The notes under the pieces: generated by a model | What the model saw: the letters and a program-made list of their open reading frames with translations, nothing else | Database searches by the model: none | Told to the model about the DNA's origin: nothing | Source: Acidobacteriota bacterium | GTDB taxonomy: Bacteria; Acidobacteriota; Vicinamibacteria; Vicinamibacterales; 2-12-FULL-66-21 | NCBI GenBank assembly: GCA_031393955.1 | Contig: JANMWI010000015.1 | Location: forward strand, 7,320-71,319 | Length of the DNA: 64,000 nt | Direction of reading: 5' to 3' | Program-made: the position numbers and the translations under genes | In this document: piece by piece, positions 16,962 through 26,388 of the stretch | Layout of the letters: every line of letters begins with the position of its first letter | Position numbering within the stretch: position 1 is the stretch's first letter

Positions 16962-17687
16962 ATGAAAGTGCGATATCTCATCGGCGCCGCGGCCGTGGCC
17001 GGACTGGCACTCACCCCGGCGGCGGCGCTCGCGCAGGCCACCCATCCGGCCGCGCCGGCGTCCAAGGTGGACGACGGTGCGCTGAAGAGCCGGATCGAGT
17101 CGCGGCTCAAGGGCAGCGCCACCCTCAAAGACAGCGATATCGACGTGGCGGTCGACCACGGCGTCGTCACCCTGTCCGGCACCGTGCATTCCGAGGCGCA
17201 GAGCCTGCGGGCGCGGAGCCTGGCCAAGGTCTCCGGTGTAACCGACGTCACCAACAAGCTGACCGTCGACAGCAAGACGACGCGCGCCATGGACAAGGCC
17301 GGCAACAAGACCGATCACGCCATGGACAAGGCCGGCAACAAGACCGACCATGCCATGGACAAGGCGGCTGACAAGACCGACCGCGCCATGGACAAGGCCG
17401 GCGACAAGACGGCACGTGCCGCCCGGAAGGCCGACGCGAAGGCATCCGCCGGCGGCCTCGACGCCAACATCACCGACGCCTGGATCACGACCAAGATCAA
17501 GACCAGCTTCCTGAACGAGGATCCCCTCAAGGGCAGCGACATCAACGTCGACACCAACAACCACGTCGTCACGCTCAAGGGCACCGTCGCCTCCGCGGCG
17601 GGCCGGACTCGCGCGGTATCCCTGGCGAAGCAGACCAAAGGCGTCGCCCGCGTCGTCAACAACTTGACGATTGCAGCGGCGCGCTGA
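16962..17687 (+). CDS. Periplasmic BON-domain protein (two BON domains separated by an internal 11-aa tandem repeat)
   Basis: A GGAGGA RBS lies 6 nt upstream of the ATG at 16962, followed by a signal peptide. The BON blocks are VDHGVVTLSGTVHSEAQ...VTDVTNKLTV and VDTNNHVVTLKGTVASAAG...VARVVNNLTI. Confidence 0.85.
   Translation: MKVRYLIGAAAVAGLALTPAAALAQATHPAAPASKVDDGALKSRIESRLKGSATLKDSDIDVAVDHGVVTLSGTVHSEAQSLRARSLAKVSGVTDVTNKLTVDSKTTRAMDKAGNKTDHAMDKAGNKTDHAMDKAADKTDRAMDKAGDKTARAARKADAKASAGGLDANITDAWITTKIKTSFLNEDPLKGSDINVDTNNHVVTLKGTVASAAGRTRAVSLAKQTKGVARVVNNLTIAAAR
17286..17417 (+). repeat. Four tandem 33-bp coding repeats (AMDKAGNKTDH units) inside the BON gene
   Basis: gccatggacaaggccggcaacaagaccgatcac is repeated head-to-tail four times with a few substitutions. 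Confidence 0.9.
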
Positions 17688-17691
17688 CCCG

Positions 17692-18795
17692 TCAGACCGC
17701 CCGCTTGCGGCTCCGCGCCACGGCGAGCGACAGCACTACCAGCCCCCAGGCGGTCAACGCGGCCGCCTGGGGCCACAACAGATCCAGTCCGATCCCCTTC
17801 AGGAAAATCCCCCGCACGATCACCAGGAAATAGCGCAGCGGAATCAGGTACGTGAACGGCTGAATCATCGTCGGCATGTTCTCGATCGGAAAGATGAAGC
17901 CGGAGAGGTAGATCATCGGCGTCAGGAAGAAGAAGGTCGCGGTCATCATCGCCTGCTGCTGGGTCGCCGAGATCGTCGAGATCAGCAGGCCGAGGGCGAG
18001 CGTGCAGAACACGTAGACGAGGCTCAGCGCGACGAGCAGCGTGACACTGCCGCGCAACGGCACCTCGAACCAGAAGACCGCGACGGCAACGACCAGCAGG
18101 ACGTCGACCATGCCGATCAGCCCGTACGGCAGCAGCTTGCCGACAATCAGCTCCCACCGGCGCAGCGGCGTGACGTTCAACTGCTCGAGCGTGCCGAGTT
18201 CCTTCTCGCGGACAATCGCCATCGCCGCCAGGTTGGTGGTGACGACCAGCAGCACCAGCGCGAGCACGCCTGGAATCATGAAGTCGCGGCTTTCGAGCCG
18301 GGGGTTGTACCAGATGCGGATCCGCGGGTCGATGCCGTCCGGCGGCCGCGACGCGTCGAGCTCCTGCGCGTAGCCGCCAATCAGGGCGGTGGCGTAGCCG
18401 AGCGCGACTGTCGTCGAATTGGCGTCGCTGCCGTCGGCGATCACCTGGACGACGGCCGGTTCGCCGGCGTGGATCCGTGCGCCGTAGCCGGCCGGGATGG
18501 CCAGCGCCAGCCAGGCGGTCCCCGCTTCGAGGAAGGCGCCCGCCTCTCCGGCGGTCGTAACCGTGGCGGCCACGGAGAAGCTCGGCGAGGCGTCGAAGCG
18601 GGCGATCAGCTCGCGGCTGGCCGCCGAGCGGTCGCCGTCGGCGACGGCGATCGGCACGTTGCGGACGTCGGTCGTGGCGGCGTAGCCGAGGAGCGTCAGC
18701 TGGATGATCGGCGCGATGATGACCAGCCCGAACAGGCGGGGGTTGCGGCCGAGCTCCTGGAACTCCTTGCGGATCAGGACGCGGAGGCGGCGCAT
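17692..18795 (-). CDS. ABC-2 type transporter permease (YbhR/YhhJ-like)
   Basis: N-terminal IRKEFQELGRNPRLFGLVIIAPIIQLTLLGYA, a large periplasmic loop, then 5 C-terminal TM helices. This is typical ABC-2 permease architecture. Confidence 0.8.
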   Translation of the reverse strand: MRRLRVLIRKEFQELGRNPRLFGLVIIAPIIQLTLLGYAATTDVRNVPIAVADGDRSAASRELIARFDASPSFSVAATVTTAGEAGAFLEAGTAWLALAIPAGYGARIHAGEPAVVQVIADGSDANSTTVALGYATALIGGYAQELDASRPPDGIDPRIRIWYNPRLESRDFMIPGVLALVLLVVTTNLAAMAIVREKELGTLEQLNVTPLRRWELIVGKLLPYGLIGMVDVLLVVAVAVFWFEVPLRGSVTLLVALSLVYVFCTLALGLLISTISATQQQAMMTATFFFLTPMIYLSGFIFPIENMPTMIQPFTYLIPLRYFLVIVRGIFLKGIGLDLLWPQAAALTAWGLVVLSLAVARSRKRAV

Positions 18796-19902
18796 CTAGC
18801 GGTTCCTCCGCAGACCGAGCGACGACAGCCCCAGCGCGGCGGCGGCGTAGACCGCCAGCGCGCTCAGCTCGTCGATGTACTGATGGAGCGGCGCCCCTTT
18901 GAGGACGATGCCCCTGAGCGCGACCAGGAAATAGCGCGCCGGCACGAGCAGCGTCACCGCCTGGAGCGGCCGCGGCATGCTGCTGATCGGAAAGATGAAG
19001 CCCGACAGCATGATCGTCGGCAGGAACGAGATCAGCAGCGCGAGCTGGAACGCGATCTGCTGGCTGTCCGCGACGACCGAGATCAGCAGCCCGGTGGCGA
19101 GCGCGCCGACCAGGAATACCGACAGCGCGGCCAGCAGGGCGAGCCAGCTGCCGCGCATCGGCAACCCGAACAGCAGCATCGACGCGCCGATGATCAGGCC
19201 GGCCGAGGTCAGCGCGATCAGGAAATACGGGATGGTCTTGCCGACCACGAACGCGGTCGAGCCGATCGGCGCCATCCGCACCTGCTCCATCGTCCCGCTC
19301 TCCTTCTCGCGGACGATCGACAGCGCCGTCGAGGCCACGGCGGTAATCATTGAAATGTAGGCAATCAGTCCCGGGACAAGGAACAGCGTGCTGCGCAGCT
19401 CCGGGTTGTACCAGATGCGCGGCTCGGCGGTGAGCCGCGCTGGCCGGCTGGTGGCGCCGGAGGCGAGCTGGCCGCCGGCGGTGCGGAGGATGCTGCCGGC
19501 GTAGCCGAGGATGGTCGCGGCGGTATTGGCGTTGGTGCCGTTGATGATCACCTGGACGGGCGGGATCCGTCCGCCGCCGAGCTCGCGGGCGAAGCCGGCC
19601 GGAATGACCAGCGCCGCGGCGGCGCGGTCGAGGTCGAGCAGGCGCTCGGTCGCCTGCGGCGAGTACACCGCTGCCGCCAGATCGAAGTAGCCGGAGTTGA
19701 CGAAGGCGGAGACCAGCGCCCGGCTCGCCGGCGTCCCGTCGCGGTCTTCGACGGCGAGTCGGACGTGACGGATGTCGAAATTGAGCGCGTAGCCGTAGAG
19801 CAGCAGGAAGAAGACCGGAATGAAGACGAGGATCAGCAGCGTGCGGCGATCCCGCGAGATCTGACGCAGCTCTTTCCGGCAGACGGCCAGCATCGTCCGC
19901 AT
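18796..19902 (-). CDS. ABC-2 type transporter permease (YbhS-like), paralog of the downstream permease
   Basis: Has CRKELRQISRDRRTLLILVFIPVFFLLLYGYA and the same topology as 17692-18795. It directly abuts the next gene. Confidence 0.8.
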   Translation of the reverse strand: MRTMLAVCRKELRQISRDRRTLLILVFIPVFFLLLYGYALNFDIRHVRLAVEDRDGTPASRALVSAFVNSGYFDLAAAVYSPQATERLLDLDRAAAALVIPAGFARELGGGRIPPVQVIINGTNANTAATILGYAGSILRTAGGQLASGATSRPARLTAEPRIWYNPELRSTLFLVPGLIAYISMITAVASTALSIVREKESGTMEQVRMAPIGSTAFVVGKTIPYFLIALTSAGLIIGASMLLFGLPMRGSWLALLAALSVFLVGALATGLLISVVADSQQIAFQLALLISFLPTIMLSGFIFPISSMPRPLQAVTLLVPARYFLVALRGIVLKGAPLHQYIDELSALAVYAAAALGLSSLGLRRNR

Positions 19903-20867
19903 CAGGCGTGCCCGCGTTCGGCGGTTTCGACGACGTCCAGAAAGACGTCCTCGAGCGACGGCGCGACCTCCGCCACGCTGTCGACCGCGAAGCCCTGCTC
20001 GCGGAGGCGCCGCGCCATCTCCTCGGGACCGGGCGTCCGCGCGGCGAGGACGGCGTGGACCGCTGTTCCGAACAGGCTGGTCTTCTGCACGTCGGGCATG
20101 GCGTCGAGCGCCGTCATCGCCTCGACCGGACGGGCGGTACGGATCTCGACGATCGCCCGGCCGGCGAAGACCTGCTTGACCTCGGCGGGCGTGCCGATCG
20201 CGGCAATCCGGCCGGCGTGCATCAGCGCGACCCGCTGGCAGCGCTCGGCCTCGTCGAGGTAGTGAGTCGTGACCAGCACCGTGACGCCGGCGTCGGCCAG
20301 TCCGTCGATCAGCCGCCAGAACTGGCGGCGCGACAGCGGATCGACGCCGCCGGTCGGCTCATCGAGGAACAGGACCGCGGGTTCGTGCAGGATCGCGCAG
20401 CCGAGCGCGAGTCGCTGCCGCCAGCCGCCGGCGAGGTCCCGTGCGAGCTGGGTCTCGCGTCCTTCCAGGCCGGCCATCTGGAGCACGAACGCGCGCCGCG
20501 CGGCGAGCCGGCGGCGGTCGAGTCCGTAGACCCCGCCGAAGAAGTCGATGTTCTGCTCGACCGTCAGCAGCTCGTAGAGCGAGAACCGCTGCGACATGTA
20601 GCCGATGCGGCGCTTGACCGCCTCCGGATCGCGGGCGACGTCGATGCCGTCGATGATCGCCGTCCCCGCCGTCGGGCGGAGCAGGCCGCAGAGCATCCGG
20701 AAGGTCGTCGACTTGCCGGCGCCGTTGCTGCCGAGCAGGCCGAAGATCGATCCGCGGGCGACCTCGAACGAGACGTCGTCGACGGCGACGAAGGCGCCGA
20801 AGCGGCGGACGAGGTGCCGGACGTCGATGGCCGTCGGGACGGGCGCCGGCGCGGTCGCGGCGGCCAT
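19902..20867 (-). CDS. ABC transporter ATP-binding protein (second ATPase of the efflux operon)
   Basis: Walker A GSNGAGKST, signature LAGGWRQRL and Walker B LFLDEPTGGVD are present. The start was chosen at MAAATAP (ATG at 20867), just downstream of the TolC stop at 20872. The longer track ORF would overlap TolC. Confidence 0.85.
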   Translation of the reverse strand: MAAATAPAPVPTAIDVRHLVRRFGAFVAVDDVSFEVARGSIFGLLGSNGAGKSTTFRMLCGLLRPTAGTAIIDGIDVARDPEAVKRRIGYMSQRFSLYELLTVEQNIDFFGGVYGLDRRRLAARRAFVLQMAGLEGRETQLARDLAGGWRQRLALGCAILHEPAVLFLDEPTGGVDPLSRRQFWRLIDGLADAGVTVLVTTHYLDEAERCQRVALMHAGRIAAIGTPAEVKQVFAGRAIVEIRTARPVEAMTALDAMPDVQKTSLFGTAVHAVLAARTPGPEEMARRLREQGFAVDSVAEVAPSLEDVFLDVVETAERGHA

Positions 20868-20871
20868 GCGG

Positions 20872-22206
20872 TTACCCGCCGACAGCGCGGTCCAGCCGCG
20901 CCGCCGCGAGGATCGCATTGGCGATCGCGCGGGTCCGATCGAGGCGCGCCTGCAGCAGCGCCTGCTCGGCATCGAGGACGTCGGCGGTGATCGCCACGCC
21001 GGCGGTGAAGCGCTCGCCGACGACGCGGCGCGACTCGGCGGCGCTGGCGATGGCATCCTCGGCCGCGGCGACGGCGGCACGGCTCGAATCCAGCTCCAGC
21101 CAGCGCTGGCGGACTTCGAAAGTCAGCTGGCGATCGAAGTCGGCGGCGCGCGCCTCGGCGCCGCGGACCGCGGCCAGCGTCTCGGCGAGCTCGGCGCGGC
21201 GTCGGCCGCCGTCGAACAGCAGCCAGCTGGCCGAGATCGACAGATCCCACGAGTCGCGCCACTCGCCGAGCCGTGGAAAGATCCGCGGATTCGGACGCGC
21301 GTAGTCGTAGCCGCCGGCGATTGCGATCTGCGGCCGCGCGCCGGCGGCGGCGGCGTCGCCGCGCGCCCGGAACGCCTCGACGCGGCTGCGCAGGGCGGCG
21401 CGCTCCGGCCGGGCGGCGCGGGCCTTCGCCGCCAGCGCAGGGGGGTCCGCTTCGCCGCGCGGCACGGCAAGCGTCGCCACCGGCTCGATGCGCGCTTCGT
21501 CCTCGAGACCGAGCAGTCGCTGCAGATCCGCCTCGGCGATGCGGGCGGTGTTGGCCGCCTCGATCGCCAGCATCCGGGCGCGGGAATGCTGGGTCTCGGC
21601 ATTGAGCAGTTCGTTCGGCGGGATCAGCCCCTGATCCAGCCGGCTGCGCAGATCGGCGACGTGCGCCGCCAGGCTGTCGAGCGAGGCCCCGACCACCGCC
21701 TCGGTCTCGCGCGCGGTGACGACCGCCCAGAACGCCCGGGTCAGCTCGAGGCGAAGATCGGCGCGGGCGGCGGCCACGTCGCCGCCGGTGGCGGCGCGCT
21801 CCGCGCCGGCGGCGCGAGCGAGGGCATCGACGCGTCCGCCGGTGTAGATCGGCCACTGCAGATCGAGCCGCGCATCGGCGTTGTCCGGGATGTCCGGATA
21901 GATGATGCGGGGCGGCAGGCCCGGCACGGTGATCCCGAACTCGTCAACGTGGTTGGTCCGGGTATAGCGGCCGGTGAGCGCGACGAGCGGGTGCGCGGCG
22001 GCGCGGCGGCCGGCTTCGGCCGCCGCGGCCCCTTCCTGCCGGGCCTCGAGCTCGGCCAGGCGCTGGCTGTTGGCGACGCCGCGCGCGACGACTTCGTCGA
22101 GCGTCAGGCGAAGCGGCGCCGCGGCGTCCTGGGCGGCTGCCGACGCCGGCGGCGCGCTCAGCGTGCAGAGCACGAGCCAACCGGCCAGCCGCACGGCGTC
22201 AGCCAT
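20872..22206 (-). CDS. TolC family outer membrane efflux protein
   Basis: A signal peptide is followed by LTLDEVVARGVANSQRL and two repeated halves with the alpha-helical hairpin pattern (TGGRV, LIPPNELLNAE). The start at MADAVRLAGW overlaps the upstream ATPase stop. Confidence 0.8.
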   Translation of the reverse strand: MADAVRLAGWLVLCTLSAPPASAAAQDAAAPLRLTLDEVVARGVANSQRLAELEARQEGAAAAEAGRRAAAHPLVALTGRYTRTNHVDEFGITVPGLPPRIIYPDIPDNADARLDLQWPIYTGGRVDALARAAGAERAATGGDVAAARADLRLELTRAFWAVVTARETEAVVGASLDSLAAHVADLRSRLDQGLIPPNELLNAETQHSRARMLAIEAANTARIAEADLQRLLGLEDEARIEPVATLAVPRGEADPPALAAKARAARPERAALRSRVEAFRARGDAAAAGARPQIAIAGGYDYARPNPRIFPRLGEWRDSWDLSISASWLLFDGGRRRAELAETLAAVRGAEARAADFDRQLTFEVRQRWLELDSSRAAVAAAEDAIASAAESRRVVGERFTAGVAITADVLDAEQALLQARLDRTRAIANAILAAARLDRAVGG

Positions 22207-23146
22207 GGGCGGCCCCCGGGCTCCCGGCGCCGGCGCCAATCAGATCGATGAAGACGTCCTCGAGCGTCGCGCCGACCGGGCGCGTCGTCACGCCCGGCGT
22301 GCCGGCGGCCGCCAGCGCCGCCTCGATGGCGCGGATGCCCTCCGGCACCGACACGCCGGCGAGCCGGACGTGGGCGCGGTCGCCGAACAGCTGCACGTCG
22401 CGCACGCCCGGCACCGTCCGCAGGACCTCGACCGGCGGCCGGCGCGCCGCCGCCGAGACCTCGATGAGCGGTCCGAGCGCCCGCTGCAGATCGGCGGGCC
22501 GGTCGAGGGCGAGCAGCGTGCCGTCGTGGATCAGCGCGACACGGCTGCAGCGCTCGGCTTCGTCGAGATACGGCGTGGTCATCACGATCGTCAGCCCGGC
22601 GGCGACGAATTCCGAGAGCAGCTTCCAGAACTCGCGCCGCGACACCGGATCGACCCCGGTCGTCGGCTCGTCGAGGAGCAGCAGGCGCGGCGCGTGGACC
22701 AGCGTGCAGGCCAGCGCCAGCTTCTGCTTCATGCCGCCCGACAACCGGTCCGCGCGGCGCGCCCGGAACTCGGTCAGCCGCGTCATCTGCAGCAGCCGGT
22801 CGCGCGTCGCCTGGAAATCGCGGACGCCGTGGATCGCCGCGAAGAAGGCGATGTTCTCGTCGATCGTCAAGTCGCCATAGAGCGAAAAGCGCTGCGACAG
22901 GTAGCCGACCGCGGCGGTGACGGCGCGGTGCGACGCCACCGGGTCGTCGCCGAGCACCCGGACCTCGCCGGCTTCGGGGCGCAGCAGGCCGCAGGCGACC
23001 CGGATGGCGGTGGTCTTCCCGGCGCCGTCCGGCCCGATGACGCCGAACATCTCGCCCGCGCCGACCTCGAACGTGACGTCGTTGAGCGCGCGGATGGCGC
23101 CGAAGGACATGGTGACGGCACGAAAGCTGAGAGCGGCGTCGGGCAT
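22199..23146 (-). CDS. ABC transporter ATP-binding protein (first ATPase of the efflux operon)
   Basis: Walker A GPDGAGKTT, signature LSGGMKQKL and Walker B LLLDEPTTGVD are present. Confidence 0.85.
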   Translation of the reverse strand: MPDAALSFRAVTMSFGAIRALNDVTFEVGAGEMFGVIGPDGAGKTTAIRVACGLLRPEAGEVRVLGDDPVASHRAVTAAVGYLSQRFSLYGDLTIDENIAFFAAIHGVRDFQATRDRLLQMTRLTEFRARRADRLSGGMKQKLALACTLVHAPRLLLLDEPTTGVDPVSRREFWKLLSEFVAAGLTIVMTTPYLDEAERCSRVALIHDGTLLALDRPADLQRALGPLIEVSAAARRPPVEVLRTVPGVRDVQLFGDRAHVRLAGVSVPEGIRAIEAALAAAGTPGVTTRPVGATLEDVFIDLIGAGAGSPGAAHG

Positions 23147-23158
23147 CAGTCCACCCTC

Positions 23159-24172
23159 CTACCTCGGCAACTCCGCCTCGACCGGCATGCCCGGCTTGAG
23201 GATGCCGCCGCGGTTGTCGACCGTCACTTTGACGCGATACACCAGCCGCGATCGCTCGTCGGCGGTCTGGACGTTGCGCGGTGTGAACTCGGCGCGCGGC
23301 GAGATGAACGTGATGCGCCCTTCCAGCCGCTGGCCGGCGTCGGTGACGAGCGTCATCGGCTGGCCGAGGCGCAGGTTCGGCACCACCGGCTCGTCGACAT
23401 ACACGTTCGCCCACGGCCGGGCCAGGTCGGTGACGACGACGAGCGGTGCGCGGGGGGCGACCATCTCGCCGCCGTCGATCAAAGTGGCGGTGACGGTGCC
23501 CTCGACCGGCGACCGCAGCAGCGCATCGCCGCGGGACTTCTCGAGGGCGTCGATCTGCGCTTCGAGGACCGCGACCCGCGCCCGCGCCGCCTGGAGTTCC
23601 TGCGGGCGGGCGCCGGCTTCGAGGCGCGCCAGCCCGGCTCCGGCCGCCTGCAACCGCTGCCGCGCCGCCGCGACGCGGGCCGCCGCCACCTCGCGCCGCG
23701 TCACCGCATCGTCGCGCTGCTTACGGGACCCGGCATTCGAGGCGAGCAGCGCGTCGAAGCGCGCCTGGTCCGCCGCTGCCGACTGCAGCTCCGCTTCCGC
23801 CGCGGCGAGGTCGGACCGCGCCGACCCGGCCTGCGCCGACGCCTGGCGGACGTCCTCGGGCCGCGATCCGGCGGCGAGCAGACGGAGCTGGGCGAGCGCC
23901 TGGTCGCGCTCAGCCGCGGCGCGGCGCAGGGCAATCTCGACATCGGCGGTGTCGAGTTTGGCGAGCACCGTTCCGGCCGCCACATGGTCGCCCTCGGCGA
24001 CGAGCCGCTCGAGGACGCGGCCCCCGACCTCCGCCGCGACCCGGACCTCGGTGGCCTCGACATAGCCGGAGGCGCGGGGCGGCTGGCCGCCGTTCCGATG
24101 GCAGCCGCCGAGCGCGGCGGCGGCCAGCAGCGCGACCGCCACGACCCGGGCGCCGACGCGCAGCGCGTTCAT
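23159..24172 (-). CDS. HlyD/YbhG-like periplasmic adaptor (membrane fusion protein)
   Basis: A lipobox-like LGGC is followed by a biotinyl-lipoyl-like hairpin (GRVLERLVAEGDHVAAGTVLAKLD), a long coiled coil and the C-terminal LKPGMPVEAEL. Confidence 0.8.
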   Translation of the reverse strand: MNALRVGARVVAVALLAAAALGGCHRNGGQPPRASGYVEATEVRVAAEVGGRVLERLVAEGDHVAAGTVLAKLDTADVEIALRRAAAERDQALAQLRLLAAGSRPEDVRQASAQAGSARSDLAAAEAELQSAAADQARFDALLASNAGSRKQRDDAVTRREVAAARVAAARQRLQAAGAGLARLEAGARPQELQAARARVAVLEAQIDALEKSRGDALLRSPVEGTVTATLIDGGEMVAPRAPLVVVTDLARPWANVYVDEPVVPNLRLGQPMTLVTDAGQRLEGRITFISPRAEFTPRNVQTADERSRLVYRVKVTVDNRGGILKPGMPVEAELPR

Positions 24173-24822
24173 GCCGGCACCGCCAGCGTCGCGAGCGCAA
24201 TCCGCTGGACGTGCGCGATCACGGCCCGCCGTTCGAGGTGATGGGCGCCGGCGACGCCGCCGCGCTCGAGGCGGCGCCTGACGTCGCCGCTGGCGAAGTA
24301 AAGCAACAGCGGCCCGACGACGCCGGCGTGGACGAACAGCGGCGGGACCGGCCGGAAGCGGCGGGCGGCGACCCCTTCGGCCAGAATCGCCCCGAGCGCG
24401 CTGATCACCGCCGACATCTCGCGGGTGGTCCGCGCGTCGAGGTGCCGGCCGCCGTCGGCGATTTCACGGAACCAGATCGGCGGGAAGTGCGGCCGCGCCT
24501 CGGCCTCGGTGGCGATCGCCTCGACGAAGGCGCGGATCTTGTCGGCCGGATCGCCGGTCCCGGCGGCGATCGCGGCGACGCGACCGGCGATCGCGGCGAA
24601 CATTGCGGCGAGGATGTCGCGGTAGAGCGCCGCCTTGCTGCGGAAGTGGTAGTAGATCATCGCCTTGTTGACATGGGCGTGGCGCGCGATCCGGTCGACG
24701 CTCGCCCCGGCGTAGCCGCGTTCGGCGAAGTCTGCGGCGGCGGCGGCGAGCAGCCGCGCCTTCGAGTCCAGCCCGGCGGGCCGGCGTCGCGCCGGCGGCC
24801 GGCGTGCGGCGGCGGATTTCAT
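24169..24822 (-). CDS. TetR/AcrR family transcriptional regulator
   Basis: The N-terminal HTH reads FAERGYAGASVDRIARHAHVNKAMIYYHFRSKAALY. Its stop overlaps the adaptor start. Confidence 0.85.
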   Translation of the reverse strand: MKSAAARRPPARRRPAGLDSKARLLAAAAADFAERGYAGASVDRIARHAHVNKAMIYYHFRSKAALYRDILAAMFAAIAGRVAAIAAGTGDPADKIRAFVEAIATEAEARPHFPPIWFREIADGGRHLDARTTREMSAVISALGAILAEGVAARRFRPVPPLFVHAGVVGPLLLYFASGDVRRRLERGGVAGAHHLERRAVIAHVQRIALATLAVPA

Positions 24823-24825
24823 GAC

Positions 24826-24843
24826 TAACTAACTGGATAGTTA
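24826..24843. promoter_or_regulatory. Candidate TetR operator: inverted repeat TAACTA-N6-TAGTTA
   Basis: This is the only AT-rich patch in the 89-bp divergent gap between the TetR gene and pepP. Perfect 6-bp arms begin 4 nt upstream of the TetR ATG. Confidence 0.45.
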
Positions 24844-24911
24844 ACATCCCGGACGGGGGGGCTGTCAAGCGTCCGGCGGCGCCGCCGGGCGCCACTGGTA
24901 AACTCTCCGCC

Positions 24912-26366
24912 ATGCCCCGATCCAGCCGCCGCCTGATCCCGCTCGTGCTGCTCGCCGTCGTCACCGCCGCCGGCCTCGCCGCCGCCGGTCCGCTCCAGGA
25001 CGACGTCCGCGCCCGCCGCGCCCGCGTCACGGAGCGGCTCGGCCCCGACGCCGTCGCGATCTTCTGGAGCGCCCCGGCGAAAGTCTATTCGGGCGATGTC
25101 GACTACGAGTTCCGCCAGGACAGCAACCTGCTCTACCTGAGCGGCATCGATCAGGAAGACACCATTCTGGTGCTGCTGCCCGGCAGCGACGGGGCAAAGG
25201 AATTCCTGTTCATCCGCGAGGCGGATGCCCGCCGCGAGCACTGGAACGGCCACAGCCTGACCGCCGCCGAGGCGGCGGCGGCGAGCGGCGTCGCGACGGT
25301 GATGACGACGACGCAATTCGAGCCGTTCATCGCGACGCTGTTCTCACGTCGGCTCGGCACCGCGACCGCCGACTACGCCCACTTCTTCCAGGCGCTCGCC
25401 GAGAACCGCGCCCGCCTGGCGATCGTCTCCGAGCCGCAGACCAGTTTGTCGACGCCGCCGGGGTCCGCCGCGCAGTTCGCGGCGCGGCTGCGCGACCGGT
25501 TCTTCGGTTTCACCATTCAGGACGCCGCCCCGATCGTCGCCGAGGCCCGCCAGATCAAGACGCCGTTCGAGCAGGAGGTGCTGCGCCGCAGCGTGCAGAT
25601 CTCGAACGACGCCCACCGCGCCGGGATGCGCGCCGCGGCGCCCGGCAAGTACGAATACGAAGTCGAGGCGGAGATCGAGGCGGTCTACCTCAGGAATGGG
25701 GCGATGAGCTGGGGCTATCCGTCGATCGTCGGCAGCGGACCGAACGCCACCATCCTCCATTACCAGAAGTCGCAGCGGAAGATGGCACCGGGCGACCTGC
25801 TGCTGGTCGACGCCGCGGCGAACTACCAGGGCCTGACCGGCGACATCACGCGCACCTATCCGGTGGGCGGCACCTACGCACCGGCGCAGCGCGACATTTA
25901 CGAGATCATCCTGGCGGCGCAGCTCGCCGGGGAGAAGGCCGCCCGCGCCGGCGGGCAGTTGCGCGACATCCAGAAGGCCTGCGACGAGGTGCTCAAGGCG
26001 GGCCTGCTCAAGCTCGGCCTGATCACCGACGCCGACGGGACGCAGTTCAAGACCTGGGCGACGCATGGCGTGTCGCACTTCATCGGCATGGACGTCCACG
26101 ACGTGTCGATCCCGCGGCCGCTCGCCCCCGGCATGGCGTTCACCATCGAGCCCGGCATCTACATCCGCGAGGCGGCGCTCGAGAACCTGCCGAAGACCGA
26201 GGCCAACCGCGCCTTCGCGGAGAAGGTCGGGGAGAAGGTGCGCAAGTACCGGGACATCGGCGTGCGCATCGAGGACTCGTATTTGCTGACCGCCTCGGGT
26301 CTCGAGCGGCTCTCGGCCGGCGTCCCCCGCACCATCGACGAGGTCGAACAGTTCATGAAGCGGTGA
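24912..26366 (+). CDS. Xaa-Pro aminopeptidase (M24B, aminopeptidase P family) with signal peptide
   Basis: Metal-ligand blocks are present: LLLVDAAANYQGLTGDITRT, HGVSHFIGMDVHD, FTIEPGIY and IRIEDSYL. Confidence 0.85.
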   Translation: MPRSSRRLIPLVLLAVVTAAGLAAAGPLQDDVRARRARVTERLGPDAVAIFWSAPAKVYSGDVDYEFRQDSNLLYLSGIDQEDTILVLLPGSDGAKEFLFIREADARREHWNGHSLTAAEAAAASGVATVMTTTQFEPFIATLFSRRLGTATADYAHFFQALAENRARLAIVSEPQTSLSTPPGSAAQFAARLRDRFFGFTIQDAAPIVAEARQIKTPFEQEVLRRSVQISNDAHRAGMRAAAPGKYEYEVEAEIEAVYLRNGAMSWGYPSIVGSGPNATILHYQKSQRKMAPGDLLLVDAAANYQGLTGDITRTYPVGGTYAPAQRDIYEIILAAQLAGEKAARAGGQLRDIQKACDEVLKAGLLKLGLITDADGTQFKTWATHGVSHFIGMDVHDVSIPRPLAPGMAFTIEPGIYIREAALENLPKTEANRAFAEKVGEKVRKYRDIGVRIEDSYLLTASGLERLSAGVPRTIDEVEQFMKR

Positions 26367-26388
26367 CCGCGGCCGCGGCCGCCGGGTC

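Noticed and set aside
17671-24241. Long plus-strand ORFs (17671-19353, 19908-20990, 20605-22251, 21974-24241) and an alternative minus frame (20564-21856) across the efflux operon.
   Set aside because: All overlap well-supported ABC, TolC and HlyD genes. They translate to Arg/Asp/Gly/Pro-rich sequences without domains, so I treat them as frame shadows.
26367-26388. The CCGCGGCCGCGG 12-bp palindrome between pepP and the convergent hypothetical gene, as a bidirectional terminator.
   Set aside because: It is a loop-less GC palindrome without flanking T or A tracts. In this composition such palindromes arise easily.
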